64,000 nucleotides of DNA, taken from positions 878 through 64,877 of the IMG/VR virus record IMGVR_UViG_3300030376_003859, one strand, 5' to 3'. Under the pieces are notes generated by a model. It was not told the DNA's origin. It saw nothing but the letters and a program-made list of their open reading frames with translations, and searched no databases. The stretch comes from a virus (Duplodnaviria; Caudoviricetes). The position numbers were made by a program, and so were the translations under genes. Of this stretch, positions 20,406 to 29,510 are shown one piece after another. Position 1 is the stretch's first letter. Each line of letters starts with the position of its first letter.

Positions 20406-22916
20406 CTAATTTTTAGCCGGAATTGGCAATTTACTGTATTTATCTTCATATATATTCCATAAACCTTTATCGCCTTCTGTATCAGCAGGTTCTTGTTTAT
20501 ACCCTGTCCATGCAAGCCACATTTCTTTTCCTTCAACCTTGATTACTCTAAAATGCATCTTAGTTTCAAATTTATTACCTTTCAAAAAGTATTCATGATA
20601 GCCTTCTTTTTGGACACCTAACTCAATATCCCCTGCATCAACTACCTTTCCTCTTTCAACATTTTTAGCCACTTCTGCCGGATATTTACCTGCCGCACCA
20701 AACAAATCAAACATTTCTTCTTGATTATCTAAGTCAATAGTCCAAAATAAACTTTCATCTTCAAGTTTAATACCTAATGTTATGTTGTTATCTTCTCTTG
20801 AATATATTTTAAACAAACCCTTTCTGTTTTCTTTTGGGGTTTTATACTCTTTTTTAATCTCTTCTTCTTGCATAATTTTATCATCATCAGCATGAAGTTT
20901 CTTATCTTTAATTGAAATACCGTCTCTATTTTCCGCCCAATCTTTCAATTTAGTCTTTTTAGATTCTAACACATCTTCATAAATATCTTTATGCTTATCC
21001 TTCAAGAAATCATGAACATCATTTACTGTCTTATCTCCCATTGTTTTTAGATGTTGAAAAATAGCAACTGTTAATTGACTTGATTTAGTTTTCATTATTT
21101 CTTCTGCTTGGGCTTTCCACATATCTAAATCTGCTAAAGCATTCTTAGACATTAGATTATCTTCTTCAAAACCATAGATTACAAAACCATTCATATCCGA
21201 TTTCATGATTACATTTGTTTCACCATGTATGTAATCAGTTAATTTGATTCCCTTTGTGAGTGCTTCCACCTTATAATTAAGTGATTTTTTAGTATCTTGT
21301 GATAGAAGTTCAAGAGTAATCAGTTTATCGGGGTGTTCAACTTCCGGTATCTCAATTACCTTTGCTGAAAATAAACTAAAGCCTTCTCCCTTTTTCTTAA
21401 CTTCATCAACTTTAACTCTAACAATATCCCCAACATCAACCGCTACTTTAGTATTCAATGCTTTACCTACACCAAGATATTTTTTACCATCAATTTCTTG
21501 TCCTTCCATGTCATCAGGAATTGGCCCAACGCCCACAGTATATGAATAAAGATTGCTTTTCGTCTTTTTCTTATCTAAAACTATTACATCTAAATCAACA
21601 AACTTCTTCCATTTAATCCATTTAGGGTTCTTTTTAGTTCCGATATAATATGTTGAAGTTGCATCTTTAATAACAACTCCTTCGGAAGTGGGAATATCCA
21701 TCATTTCTTTTGCATACTTCTCAACATCTTTTAGACTATCAGCCTGTCTTGTATCTTTTTTAGAAGGATAAGCAATTGCTTGATTAGACTTTGATGAATA
21801 GTTATTGAATAAAATAGTCATTCTATCTTCTAACTCTTCATCTGTCAATGTTTGGGATTCATGTCGTATAATATCAAACACATGACACTTTAATTTAGCA
21901 TCTTTGTATTTGTTTTTAAAAACATGAGCAATAGTATCTGCTCTATGTAGTGCATCATCACCGTCAAAAAGAATTAACTCCCCATCTAAAATACAATCCC
22001 CGTATTCCTTTTTCTTAAGTTCCTCAACTTGGTCTTTACACTTATCAGTAATGTCTTTTTCATTATAAGAATAGATTTTAACCGAGCCATCTATTTTATG
22101 CAACTGTATTCTCATACCATCATATTTTTCTTGGACATACCAATTACCACTAAAGCCCTTTAACTCATTAATGTCGTCTATTTCAAATATCCTATACATT
22201 GGTTTATTAGGAACAATAAATTGAGAAATGGACTTTTCTGTTAATTCTTTTTGTGATTTCTCTAATCCTTCTATTTCTTTTAAGTCTGTCCATTCTTTCT
22301 CTTCATGTTGAGAAAAGAAAATAAGTTCTAATAGTTCCATTCCTGCCTTTACTTTCGATTCAACTTTCTTTGAGTCTTTTCCATCACCGTAATGCTCTAT
22401 AATATAGAGGGCAATATCATCCGATTCAAGGTCAAGTCCAACAAGACCCTCCGTTATTGTGTCGGGTTGCATACCTTTAATGGCTAAAATGTCCGGAGAT
22501 AGTGCTTTATTGTCGTCTCTTAGTGCATAATGAATGAATTTCACCATAGTTTCGGGATTATCTAACAATTCTTCAAGGACACTACCTTTAAACATTTCAG
22601 CGAAAGGGTCAGCAACTATTTTAGAAGAGTATCTAATGAGTTTTATTTTTTCAAACAGTTGTTTCGCTTCTCTTGATATTGGGTTTTTAACTTCTTTATT
22701 TTCCATTTCATCTTCATCAATAAAATTTCTTAACTCTTTACCTGCGGCATCTAATTCTTCATATGATTCTATAATTAAATCAACCGCTTTTCTCCAACGG
22801 CTTCCATATTCATCGGGGTCATGAACGGCTGATAAATAAGCGACTCTTGTTTTTTCAAAGAGTCTTAGTATTTCTTGAGAAGGCTGTTTATCCTTCTCAA
22901 TAGAGCCGAGTTTCAT
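20406..22916 (-). CDS. lig: ATP-dependent DNA ligase with long N- and C-terminal extensions
   Basis: Motif I EKYDG, LDGEL, HVFDII, EGVVIK, KWIKWKK, then an OB domain (LDVIVL...GDIVRVK). Confidence 0.9.
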   Translation of the reverse strand: MKLGSIEKDKQPSQEILRLFEKTRVAYLSAVHDPDEYGSRWRKAVDLIIESYEELDAAGKELRNFIDEDEMENKEVKNPISREAKQLFEKIKLIRYSSKIVADPFAEMFKGSVLEELLDNPETMVKFIHYALRDDNKALSPDILAIKGMQPDTITEGLVGLDLESDDIALYIIEHYGDGKDSKKVESKVKAGMELLELIFFSQHEEKEWTDLKEIEGLEKSQKELTEKSISQFIVPNKPMYRIFEIDDINELKGFSGNWYVQEKYDGMRIQLHKIDGSVKIYSYNEKDITDKCKDQVEELKKKEYGDCILDGELILFDGDDALHRADTIAHVFKNKYKDAKLKCHVFDIIRHESQTLTDEELEDRMTILFNNYSSKSNQAIAYPSKKDTRQADSLKDVEKYAKEMMDIPTSEGVVIKDATSTYYIGTKKNPKWIKWKKFVDLDVIVLDKKKTKSNLYSYTVGVGPIPDDMEGQEIDGKKYLGVGKALNTKVAVDVGDIVRVKVDEVKKKGEGFSLFSAKVIEIPEVEHPDKLITLELLSQDTKKSLNYKVEALTKGIKLTDYIHGETNVIMKSDMNGFVIYGFEEDNLMSKNALADLDMWKAQAEEIMKTKSSQLTVAIFQHLKTMGDKTVNDVHDFLKDKHKDIYEDVLESKKTKLKDWAENRDGISIKDKKLHADDDKIMQEEEIKKEYKTPKENRKGLFKIYSREDNNITLGIKLEDESLFWTIDLDNQEEMFDLFGAAGKYPAEVAKNVERGKVVDAGDIELGVQKEGYHEYFLKGNKFETKMHFRVIKVEGKEMWLAWTGYKQEPADTEGDKGLWNIYEDKYSKLPIPAKN

Positions 22917-22930
22917 TTAAACCACGCTCT

Positions 22931-23458
22931 TTATCTATCTAAAAATGCTTCATAATCAGGGTCTAATGCTTCATCGGATTCTTCATCTCTTGGTTCGGGT
23001 AATCTTCTAAACTCTCTTTCAAGGTCAGTTACAAGACCGGATAAAGAAGTAATCATTCTGCTTATTTCACTTCTATTTGAAGGGTCGCCTTCTCTAAATT
23101 GTCTTGATAAAGCAGTTATTGTTCTGTCTAATTCGCCTATTCTTTCAGTAAGCATTTTTCTATCTTCTTCATCTAAAAAGGGATTAGTCATATAATCCGA
23201 TTCTTTGATATTTTTTAGAATAATAATTGCTTTAGAAATATCTCCTGCATAAGCATGTAATGTAGTTGGCCCATCATTTGATTTAAATTTAGTAGTATCT
23301 TTTTCAGCCTTTGGTCTTTTTAATTTAAATGCTTCGGACTCATCTTTGCTTGGATTTCTATTATTCTCTAAAGATAATGCAAGTTCTTCTTTTGCATTAC
23401 GAGCCTTTTCTATTGCTAAACTAATTGTTCTTTCTTCTCTTGTTACTCTTTCCGGCAT
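22931..23458 (-). CDS. Hypothetical head-module protein
   Basis: 175 aa; contains IEKA and ISKA sites. Confidence 0.6.
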   Translation of the reverse strand: MPERVTREERTISLAIEKARNAKEELALSLENNRNPSKDESEAFKLKRPKAEKDTTKFKSNDGPTTLHAYAGDISKAIIILKNIKESDYMTNPFLDEEDRKMLTERIGELDRTITALSRQFREGDPSNRSEISRMITSLSGLVTDLEREFRRLPEPRDEESDEALDPDYEAFLDR

Positions 23459-23713
23459 TTAGTTTCCCTCCACTTGTTCTACCATTTTGTGTATTTCCGA
23501 CCAATCCATGTTGCTAACATCTGTTGTTGGTAATGCACCAATTCCACCTATTGAATTATCAATAGCGGGTGTTGGGCTATTAGATACAACGAATCCGGCC
23601 TTTCTTAAAATACTATCCTTTGAATATACGGTTCTTTCTAATTCTTCAACTTTAGTTGTTAAAGCCTTAATTATTGTTAGCAGTTCTTCATTTATTGTTT
23701 TATTTTCTGTCAT
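23459..23713 (-). CDS. Small coiled-coil protein sharing the scaffold C-terminal motif
   Basis: Ends MDWSEIHKMV, versus scaffold MEWSDIHKMV. Confidence 0.65.
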   Translation of the reverse strand: MTENKTINEELLTIIKALTTKVEELERTVYSKDSILRKAGFVVSNSPTPAIDNSIGGIGALPTTDVSNMDWSEIHKMVEQVEGN

Positions 23714-24068
23714 TCTTCTTTCCTCCTGTTGGATAAACAATATCTCTCAACTGTCTATATAGAAGTTCATACTCTTTACGAAGTTTGGTAGCAGTAGCAA
23801 CAATATCAATGTTGCGCTCATTCATTGATTTCATTTTCTTATTTAGAACCTTATCGGACTTAGTTAAATCTAATTCTCTAAGAGTTGAAATTAAATCCCC
23901 TAACTTAGTAAAATCCTGTCCAAAAAATTCTGTTGGTTCTGCCGCTTGTAGTGTCTTTTTTAGTTTCTTTCTACCTTTAGCACCTAATGAATCAAGAACT
24001 TCTTTGGGCTTTTGTTTTTCAGCCTTTAGGATAAAATCTTCCCCTTCACCGTAAAAATCCCATGTCAT
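23700..24068 (-). CDS. Hypothetical head-module protein
   Basis: Starts MTWDFYGEGEDFILKAE. Confidence 0.6.
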   Translation of the reverse strand: MTWDFYGEGEDFILKAEKQKPKEVLDSLGAKGRKKLKKTLQAAEPTEFFGQDFTKLGDLISTLRELDLTKSDKVLNKKMKSMNERNIDIVATATKLRKEYELLYRQLRDIVYPTGGKKNDRK

Positions 24069-25693
24069 TCTTCTTCACCCTTTCCTTCTATCATGTAATT
24101 TAGTTGATTTACAATCTCTTGTAATTCATCAACTTTAGCATTAAATTTATCTTCAAACTCTCCCATTCTTCTAACTGCTTCTGCATCAACTGTTGGTAGG
24201 CCATCAAAATCTAATCCGTCTGCATCAAGAGTCAGTTTAACTTCGGGGTTATCTGTCAAATAGGCACTTATGCCCCCTTCAATTCCATCTTCTTGACGAG
24301 AAGCAAATACCTCTATTCCTTTTGCTTGATTGTATAGTTTAATAACAATATTTCCGGCTCTTGTTATTTTTGTTTTAAGAGCATCTATTGGGTCGTTTTC
24401 TTGGAACATACCAATTATTTTTCTAAAACCTTGAAGCGGTTCTTTGAGTCTATCAGCCGCACTTAAAGTAATCAAGTATTGTTTTAGTTTAACCTGTTCA
24501 GTTTCTAAATCTTCTTGGATTTCTCTTGTGGCTTCTTTGATATATTTTTCTTTATTGTTATCCATTTCTTTAATTCTATCCATTAATGTTTTAACATCAT
24601 CAGTCTTTGTTCCTGCGGAATTAATTAATGTCATGATTCCTGCTCGTAGTCTTTTAATTTTTAACTGAACTATTTTTTCAGGCTCTTGCATTATTTCTTC
24701 TATTTCTTGAATCTTTTCTTCAACAAAATCCTTTTTAACTCTTATTTCAGCAGTTTTACTACTAAGTCCTTTTATATCATCTTTGATTGCTTTATATTCT
24801 CTTGCGACTTTTTGGCTTTTTCCTTGAGCAAACATCATCATGCCTCTCATTTCTCTTGCTCTTTGGCCTCTATTCAGCATTGTTTTTGGCGTTTTACCAT
24901 ATTGTTGCTGATGCAACATTTTCATAATCTCAAGAATATCTTTACCTTCAATGTCTTGAGACAATAGCGCAACAAAATCATCTTGTAATTGCTTTACATC
25001 AATGTCTTTCTTTTCATTTAACTTGATTTCAAATTGCTTAGTTTCCTTGTCTCTTTTGAAATCTTTTCCTTTTAGAACACCATCAATCAATAAACGACCA
25101 TATTCTTTAAATAAATAATTATTATCTGATTTAATACTTCTTAAATCTTGTAGTGTTTTAACTGAATTATCTTCACTACCACCTACTTTACGGAAATTTT
25201 TCATTCCTCCAACAACAACATCTTTCTTTCTTTCCGCTTTTCTTGTCTTGAAAGTTTGTTCTTCAACTCTTGCATTTTGCATTATTTCTTGAAGAGGGTT
25301 GAGTTTAGTTGATAGTTCACTTAGATATTTATAGGCATCTTTTTCATCTTCCATCAATTGAATGTCGGATTCAATTTCTGCTGATTCTAAGTAAGCCCCT
25401 CTTTCTTCACTATTTAGATAATCTTCACTTGAAGTTCCTAATGAATCCTCTTCTCCGCTATCATCATCAGCGATTCCAATTTCTTTATCATCATCATCTT
25501 CTTCCTCTTCTTCTGCTTTCTTAATATATTTTCTATAAGAAATCATATTTTTAGGATTAATGTTTTTTATCAAAGACTCTTTAATCAAGGTAATATTTGA
25601 ATCACTTTCAACTAATTCTTTAGTTTCATTGTCTAAATCAGCCTTCAATAAAACATTTTTTAAAGACTTATCTTTAAGCAATTCAATAAACAT
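24065..25693 (-). CDS. Large coiled-coil putative internal/core protein
   Basis: 542 aa; N-terminal LLKA and IKKA sites followed by an acidic tract. Confidence 0.55.
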   Translation of the reverse strand: MFIELLKDKSLKNVLLKADLDNETKELVESDSNITLIKESLIKNINPKNMISYRKYIKKAEEEEEDDDDKEIGIADDDSGEEDSLGTSSEDYLNSEERGAYLESAEIESDIQLMEDEKDAYKYLSELSTKLNPLQEIMQNARVEEQTFKTRKAERKKDVVVGGMKNFRKVGGSEDNSVKTLQDLRSIKSDNNYLFKEYGRLLIDGVLKGKDFKRDKETKQFEIKLNEKKDIDVKQLQDDFVALLSQDIEGKDILEIMKMLHQQQYGKTPKTMLNRGQRAREMRGMMMFAQGKSQKVAREYKAIKDDIKGLSSKTAEIRVKKDFVEEKIQEIEEIMQEPEKIVQLKIKRLRAGIMTLINSAGTKTDDVKTLMDRIKEMDNNKEKYIKEATREIQEDLETEQVKLKQYLITLSAADRLKEPLQGFRKIIGMFQENDPIDALKTKITRAGNIVIKLYNQAKGIEVFASRQEDGIEGGISAYLTDNPEVKLTLDADGLDFDGLPTVDAEAVRRMGEFEDKFNAKVDELQEIVNQLNYMIEGKGEEE

Positions 25694-25702
25694 ATAATCA
25701 CC

Positions 25703-25927
25703 TTAAAACGGAATGTTTTCCGAACTCTTTCTTTTCTTGGAAGGCAACAAAATAACATCGGGATTGCCGTTTGACTCCGGTCTTGCTTTATGCGTAGTAT
25801 CTGTTGGTAATCCTACTGACATATCCCTATTCTTCTTTACTTTATTATTTTCTTGTGCCGTCAATGCTTTGACTTGTGCTAATTCTTTAGTTAGTCTTAC
25901 TTGCTTTTGTCTTAAATCTTCTGTCAT
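25703..25927 (-). CDS. Hypothetical protein
   Basis: 74 aa ORF tightly coupled to its neighbours. Confidence 0.55.
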   Translation of the reverse strand: MTEDLRQKQVRLTKELAQVKALTAQENNKVKKNRDMSVGLPTDTTHKARPESNGNPDVILLPSKKRKSSENIPF

Positions 25928-26316
25928 TATTTTTTCCTCCTGTCTGCAATACTAATTGATGTTAAACCTACTTCTCCTTGAGAAGTAATTAGAATATCAA
26001 TTAATTCATCTTCTGTTAAATCATCTAACATATCTTGAATCTTCTCCATTAAATCAAAACGAGTTGAATTTGCTAAATATTCTCTTGTATATTTATCTTC
26101 GCTGGTTTCATCAAGTGGTTCTTTTTCATCTAAATACCCACCTTCTCTTCCACCCGCTATTGCTTGAGTATGCCTACTTTTATTTGGTCGGGGGTCGCCA
26201 CCCGCCATAGGTGTTGGAGACTTTCTTCTTTGTTTTCCTTCTCTAACGCCTTCTTCTCTTAATTGTCTCAAATTCTTGAAACTTCTTTTATTTTTCAAAA
26301 TACTTAACCAATTCAT
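25927..26316 (-). CDS. WxxILK-tagged basic protein
   Basis: Starts MNWLSILKN; directly downstream of the portal. Confidence 0.6.
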   Translation of the reverse strand: MNWLSILKNKRSFKNLRQLREEGVREGKQRRKSPTPMAGGDPRPNKSRHTQAIAGGREGGYLDEKEPLDETSEDKYTREYLANSTRFDLMEKIQDMLDDLTEDELIDILITSQGEVGLTSISIADRRKK

Positions 26317-27956
26317 TAATTAATCCTCCTTTCAGTTCTTTTATCATTATTTTGATTTCCTGCTTCTAATGGTAATCCTGACATTCTTTTATCCGGCCCT
26401 TGATTCATAGATGGTTTATTTCTTTTTGTTGCTGGATTTGCTTGTGGCTTACTTCCGCCCTGTAATGCTTGCTCCTGCATTTGTCCTAATTGGGAGGCAT
26501 CTATATTAGTTCCGGCATAAGGGTCTGCTTCAACATTACTTTCCGAACCTTCTTCTTTGGGTTTTTCTTCCGGTTCAGGTTTAGTAAAGGTAAAGTTTCC
26601 ATCTTCATCCATATCAACTTCAAATCCTAAATTCTTTGTAGAAGCCGCAATATTAACTTCAATCTCTCTTTTTCTTAATACTGCTATTTCATCTTCTTCT
26701 TCGCTTGGTGGAAGTTTTAAATTCCAATCAGTAATACCAAATTGTTTTGTGAGGAATGGGAATACATAATTATTATAAACAGTTTGTGCTTTTTGAACGG
26801 CTCTATTGGTAACAAGTATTTGCATACCTTCATTATTTAATCCACCACTTGTAGTATTATCAGCCATGAAAACTTTACTTACTCCATAAAACGCTGATAT
26901 TCTATCTCTTAAATCATCTTTAACAGAAACATAATCCATTTCTTTTAGACTATCCATGAACTTAACCCATTCAACCGCACCTTTACCATTCTCGGCTTCA
27001 ATACCCATAACAGGAATAAAATGTGGGTCGGCTTCCATTTTTTCTTTTACTGCTCTCCAAAAAGATTTCATTGAATCCATATTTCTTGTTTGAACTGCAA
27101 GTAATCCTTTTGGCATTCTGCTCTTAGTATATGAAGAATTGACATAATTTTCCATAGCAATAAGAGTCATAATATTATTGAATAAAGTAATTACAGGAGA
27201 CATACCATAAAGTCTTGATGGACTATATTTGCTAAAATGCAACACTTCTCCTTTTAGGAAATGTTGGTCTGCTCCATTGACTCTATTTACATAATGAACT
27301 GGAAAGGTATTTGCTCCACAATGCTCGCAAGATTCATGCGGGTCTTTGTAAATCATTTCCCTATGATTGACACAAGTAAATCCCTTTGTTCCTCTTTGTC
27401 CTAATTCATCGGAATAAATAAACATAGTTACAGGGTCGCCACGATACAATTCTTTAATGCGATGCATTCTAATTTTACCATTACCATCTAAAAAATATTC
27501 CTTTACCAGCACAATATAAGCGTCATCCATTATATTCAAATCATCTTCTAATTCCTGTAATACATCAATAAAAAGTTGTTCCGATTTATTGACATATCCT
27601 TCTAAGAATTTTTCAGCATACTCTAATTGTTCTATATTAGGAACTGTTAGATTTTTGCTTTTGCATCTTGAGCATTCTTGAACAGGTCTTGTATGTTCCT
27701 TTTTACAATCCTCACATCGGGCTTCAAATGCTTTTTCCCAAATGTAGCCTCTACGAAAAACTTCTTGTTTTAGTTGAGTAATACAAGTTCTCGCAATAAC
27801 TGATTGATTAACAATATTGTAAATAATCGGGCCATTCATCATGTGATGAGTTTCCCTTTCTTGGATTCCCATATTAAATACGGTTCTATCCGCAGGTTTG
27901 GGAGTAGAACGCCTAAACAGGTTGGTTAGGCTAAATCTTCTTTTTTGCTCAACCAT
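26316..27956 (-). CDS. Portal protein with Zn-ribbon-like insertions
   Basis: HK97-type portal motifs (SPSRLYGMSPV, PKGLLAV, ISAFYGVSKVFM); CEDC/CSRC and CVNH/CEHC inserts. Confidence 0.85.
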   Translation of the reverse strand: MVEQKRRFSLTNLFRRSTPKPADRTVFNMGIQERETHHMMNGPIIYNIVNQSVIARTCITQLKQEVFRRGYIWEKAFEARCEDCKKEHTRPVQECSRCKSKNLTVPNIEQLEYAEKFLEGYVNKSEQLFIDVLQELEDDLNIMDDAYIVLVKEYFLDGNGKIRMHRIKELYRGDPVTMFIYSDELGQRGTKGFTCVNHREMIYKDPHESCEHCGANTFPVHYVNRVNGADQHFLKGEVLHFSKYSPSRLYGMSPVITLFNNIMTLIAMENYVNSSYTKSRMPKGLLAVQTRNMDSMKSFWRAVKEKMEADPHFIPVMGIEAENGKGAVEWVKFMDSLKEMDYVSVKDDLRDRISAFYGVSKVFMADNTTSGGLNNEGMQILVTNRAVQKAQTVYNNYVFPFLTKQFGITDWNLKLPPSEEEDEIAVLRKREIEVNIAASTKNLGFEVDMDEDGNFTFTKPEPEEKPKEEGSESNVEADPYAGTNIDASQLGQMQEQALQGGSKPQANPATKRNKPSMNQGPDKRMSGLPLEAGNQNNDKRTERRIN

Positions 27957-28010
27957 AATTATACCCCTTGAATTATTGCAGGTGTCCTATCAGTTATCAA
28001 GCCTTCGCTA

Positions 28011-28259
28011 TCACCGTTTAGAAGCATCTTCAATATCGTATCTTTCATTACTTGACCGAAGCATTTCATCTAAAATACCACGCAGAAACTTACTCCTACT
28101 TTCGGGCTTTTTAAAACCGGAGCGCAGATAATAGATAACCATTTTTTTATTAATAGAAGCAAGATTACTATACCTAACATATTTGCTTCTATCTTTAGGC
28201 AACTCATCATTGAGTATTCCTGTTTTTAATTGTTGCCAAGACATGCTTTTCATAATCAT
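28011..28259 (-). CDS. Hypothetical protein with motif variant MSWQQLK
   Basis: 82 aa ORF upstream of the portal. Confidence 0.55.
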   Translation of the reverse strand: MIMKSMSWQQLKTGILNDELPKDRSKYVRYSNLASINKKMVIYYLRSGFKKPESRSKFLRGILDEMLRSSNERYDIEDASKR

Positions 28260-28379
28260 AATTATTCCTCTATTACTTGCATGGCTTTAGGTTTTCCATA
28301 TTTAATCCAACACTTCTCACATAATCCAAACGGATAAACTTTTTCAGATGAGTAGCAAGTTCCGCAATACTTAAACATA

Positions 28380-28667
28380 TTACCACAATTTTTTACACGC
28401 TAAACATTTAGGTGTCGTAATTCTCCCCTTGCATTGGTCGCAATTATGTCTTGATTTAAAGTTAGCCCTGCGCTTTTTATTGGTATGTGTTCCACCGCCT
28501 CTATTCTTTCCTTTACCTTTAAAATTACCATAGCCTTTAGCACCTGCATGAATCTTTTTACCTTCATGGGTTAGCATCATAATTTTTTTGCCCTTTCTAT
28601 CGGAAGAATATACACGACCTACTCGCATATCTTTTTTGTCCTTTTTCATAACTTCTTGCCATTTCAT
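28380..28667 (-). CDS. WxxILK-tagged basic protein (resembles DUF5754-like viral proteins)
   Basis: Starts MKWQEVMKK; KKIHAGAKGYGNF...KKRRANFKSRH pattern recalled from small basic proteins of large DNA viruses. Confidence 0.5.
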   Translation of the reverse strand: MKWQEVMKKDKKDMRVGRVYSSDRKGKKIMMLTHEGKKIHAGAKGYGNFKGKGKNRGGGTHTNKKRRANFKSRHNCDQCKGRITTPKCLACKKLW

Positions 28668-28933
28668 TTTTTATCCCTCTTATCTTCCATTTCCGGATGA
28701 AATTTCATTGTAACTTTTTTTGCATCTTTCTTAATTGACTTACCATCAACTAAAACCTCAACAGGATAGGGCTTGTGTTCACCCGCCCAATAAGCCATAT
28801 CATACCCGCCATTTTCTAATAATTTAACAAGAAGCCCTCTATCATAGTCTTTATCTTCTGCCTTGAGAACCATTTGCTTGCCTCTTGGCAAATTCAAATC
28901 GGGTTTTTTCTTAAGTATATTTTCCCATGTCAT
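28664..28933 (-). CDS. WxxILK-tagged protein
   Basis: Starts MTWENILKK; internal VLKA. Confidence 0.65.
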   Translation of the reverse strand: MTWENILKKKPDLNLPRGKQMVLKAEDKDYDRGLLVKLLENGGYDMAYWAGEHKPYPVEVLVDGKSIKKDAKKVTMKFHPEMEDKRDKK

Positions 28934-28938
28934 AATAA

Positions 28939-29142
28939 TCACTTCGGTTTATGTGTGTAAATATCTCCATCCTTGTGCATAAAGATTTTACCTTCTTTTT
29001 CTAACTTAGATAAGACTCTTTTAATTTCTGATTCTTCTCCGAATTGTTTTAGGTTTTTCATTCCTAATGCTCCGCCTTCTTTTTTTATTTCAGCAAGAAT
29101 TTTTTCTTCCATATCTTCTTTTAATATGTTTTTCCAAGTCAT
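28939..29142 (-). CDS. WxxILK-tagged winged-helix-like protein
   Basis: Starts MTWKNILKE; EIKRVLSKLEKEGKIFMHKDG is a wHTH-like recognition helix and wing. Confidence 0.55.
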   Translation of the reverse strand: MTWKNILKEDMEEKILAEIKKEGGALGMKNLKQFGEESEIKRVLSKLEKEGKIFMHKDGDIYTHKPK

Positions 29143-29510
29143 TTTCCTTTCCTCCTTTTATAAGTTTTACAAGCACCACAAGTCGGCCTACATCTTTGTT
29201 TAGTTCCTTTAGAAGCATCTTGTCTTCCACAGGGTTTTGTTCCTTTTTTATCATCCTCGCACGATTGACAAGAAACCCAACCTTTCTGTCCATCTCCGCC
29301 TCTTCTTGAGAACCAACCGTGTAATCCCGATTCTTTTTCTCTTTTGAAATTATCTCCGGCCTTTTTTACAGAATTACCCCAATTCTTTGCACCAACTTTA
29401 CGGCATCTAACTAAAGCACCGCTAGCATAAGCCGAAGGCCATTTTTTATAGCGGCTTCTTACTTTATGATAACAAGCATCTTTTTCCTTTTTCAAAACTT
29501 CAAACCACAA
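29139..29510 (-). CDS. WxxILK-tagged two-domain basic protein (DUF5872-like N-domain)
   Basis: TTG start, WFEVLKK; KVRSRYKKWPSAYASGALVRCRK domain, then VKKA, then GLHGWF...PCGR...CRP domain. Confidence 0.55.
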   Translation of the reverse strand: MWFEVLKKEKDACYHKVRSRYKKWPSAYASGALVRCRKVGAKNWGNSVKKAGDNFKREKESGLHGWFSRRGGDGQKGWVSCQSCEDDKKGTKPCGRQDASKGTKQRCRPTCGACKTYKRRKGK

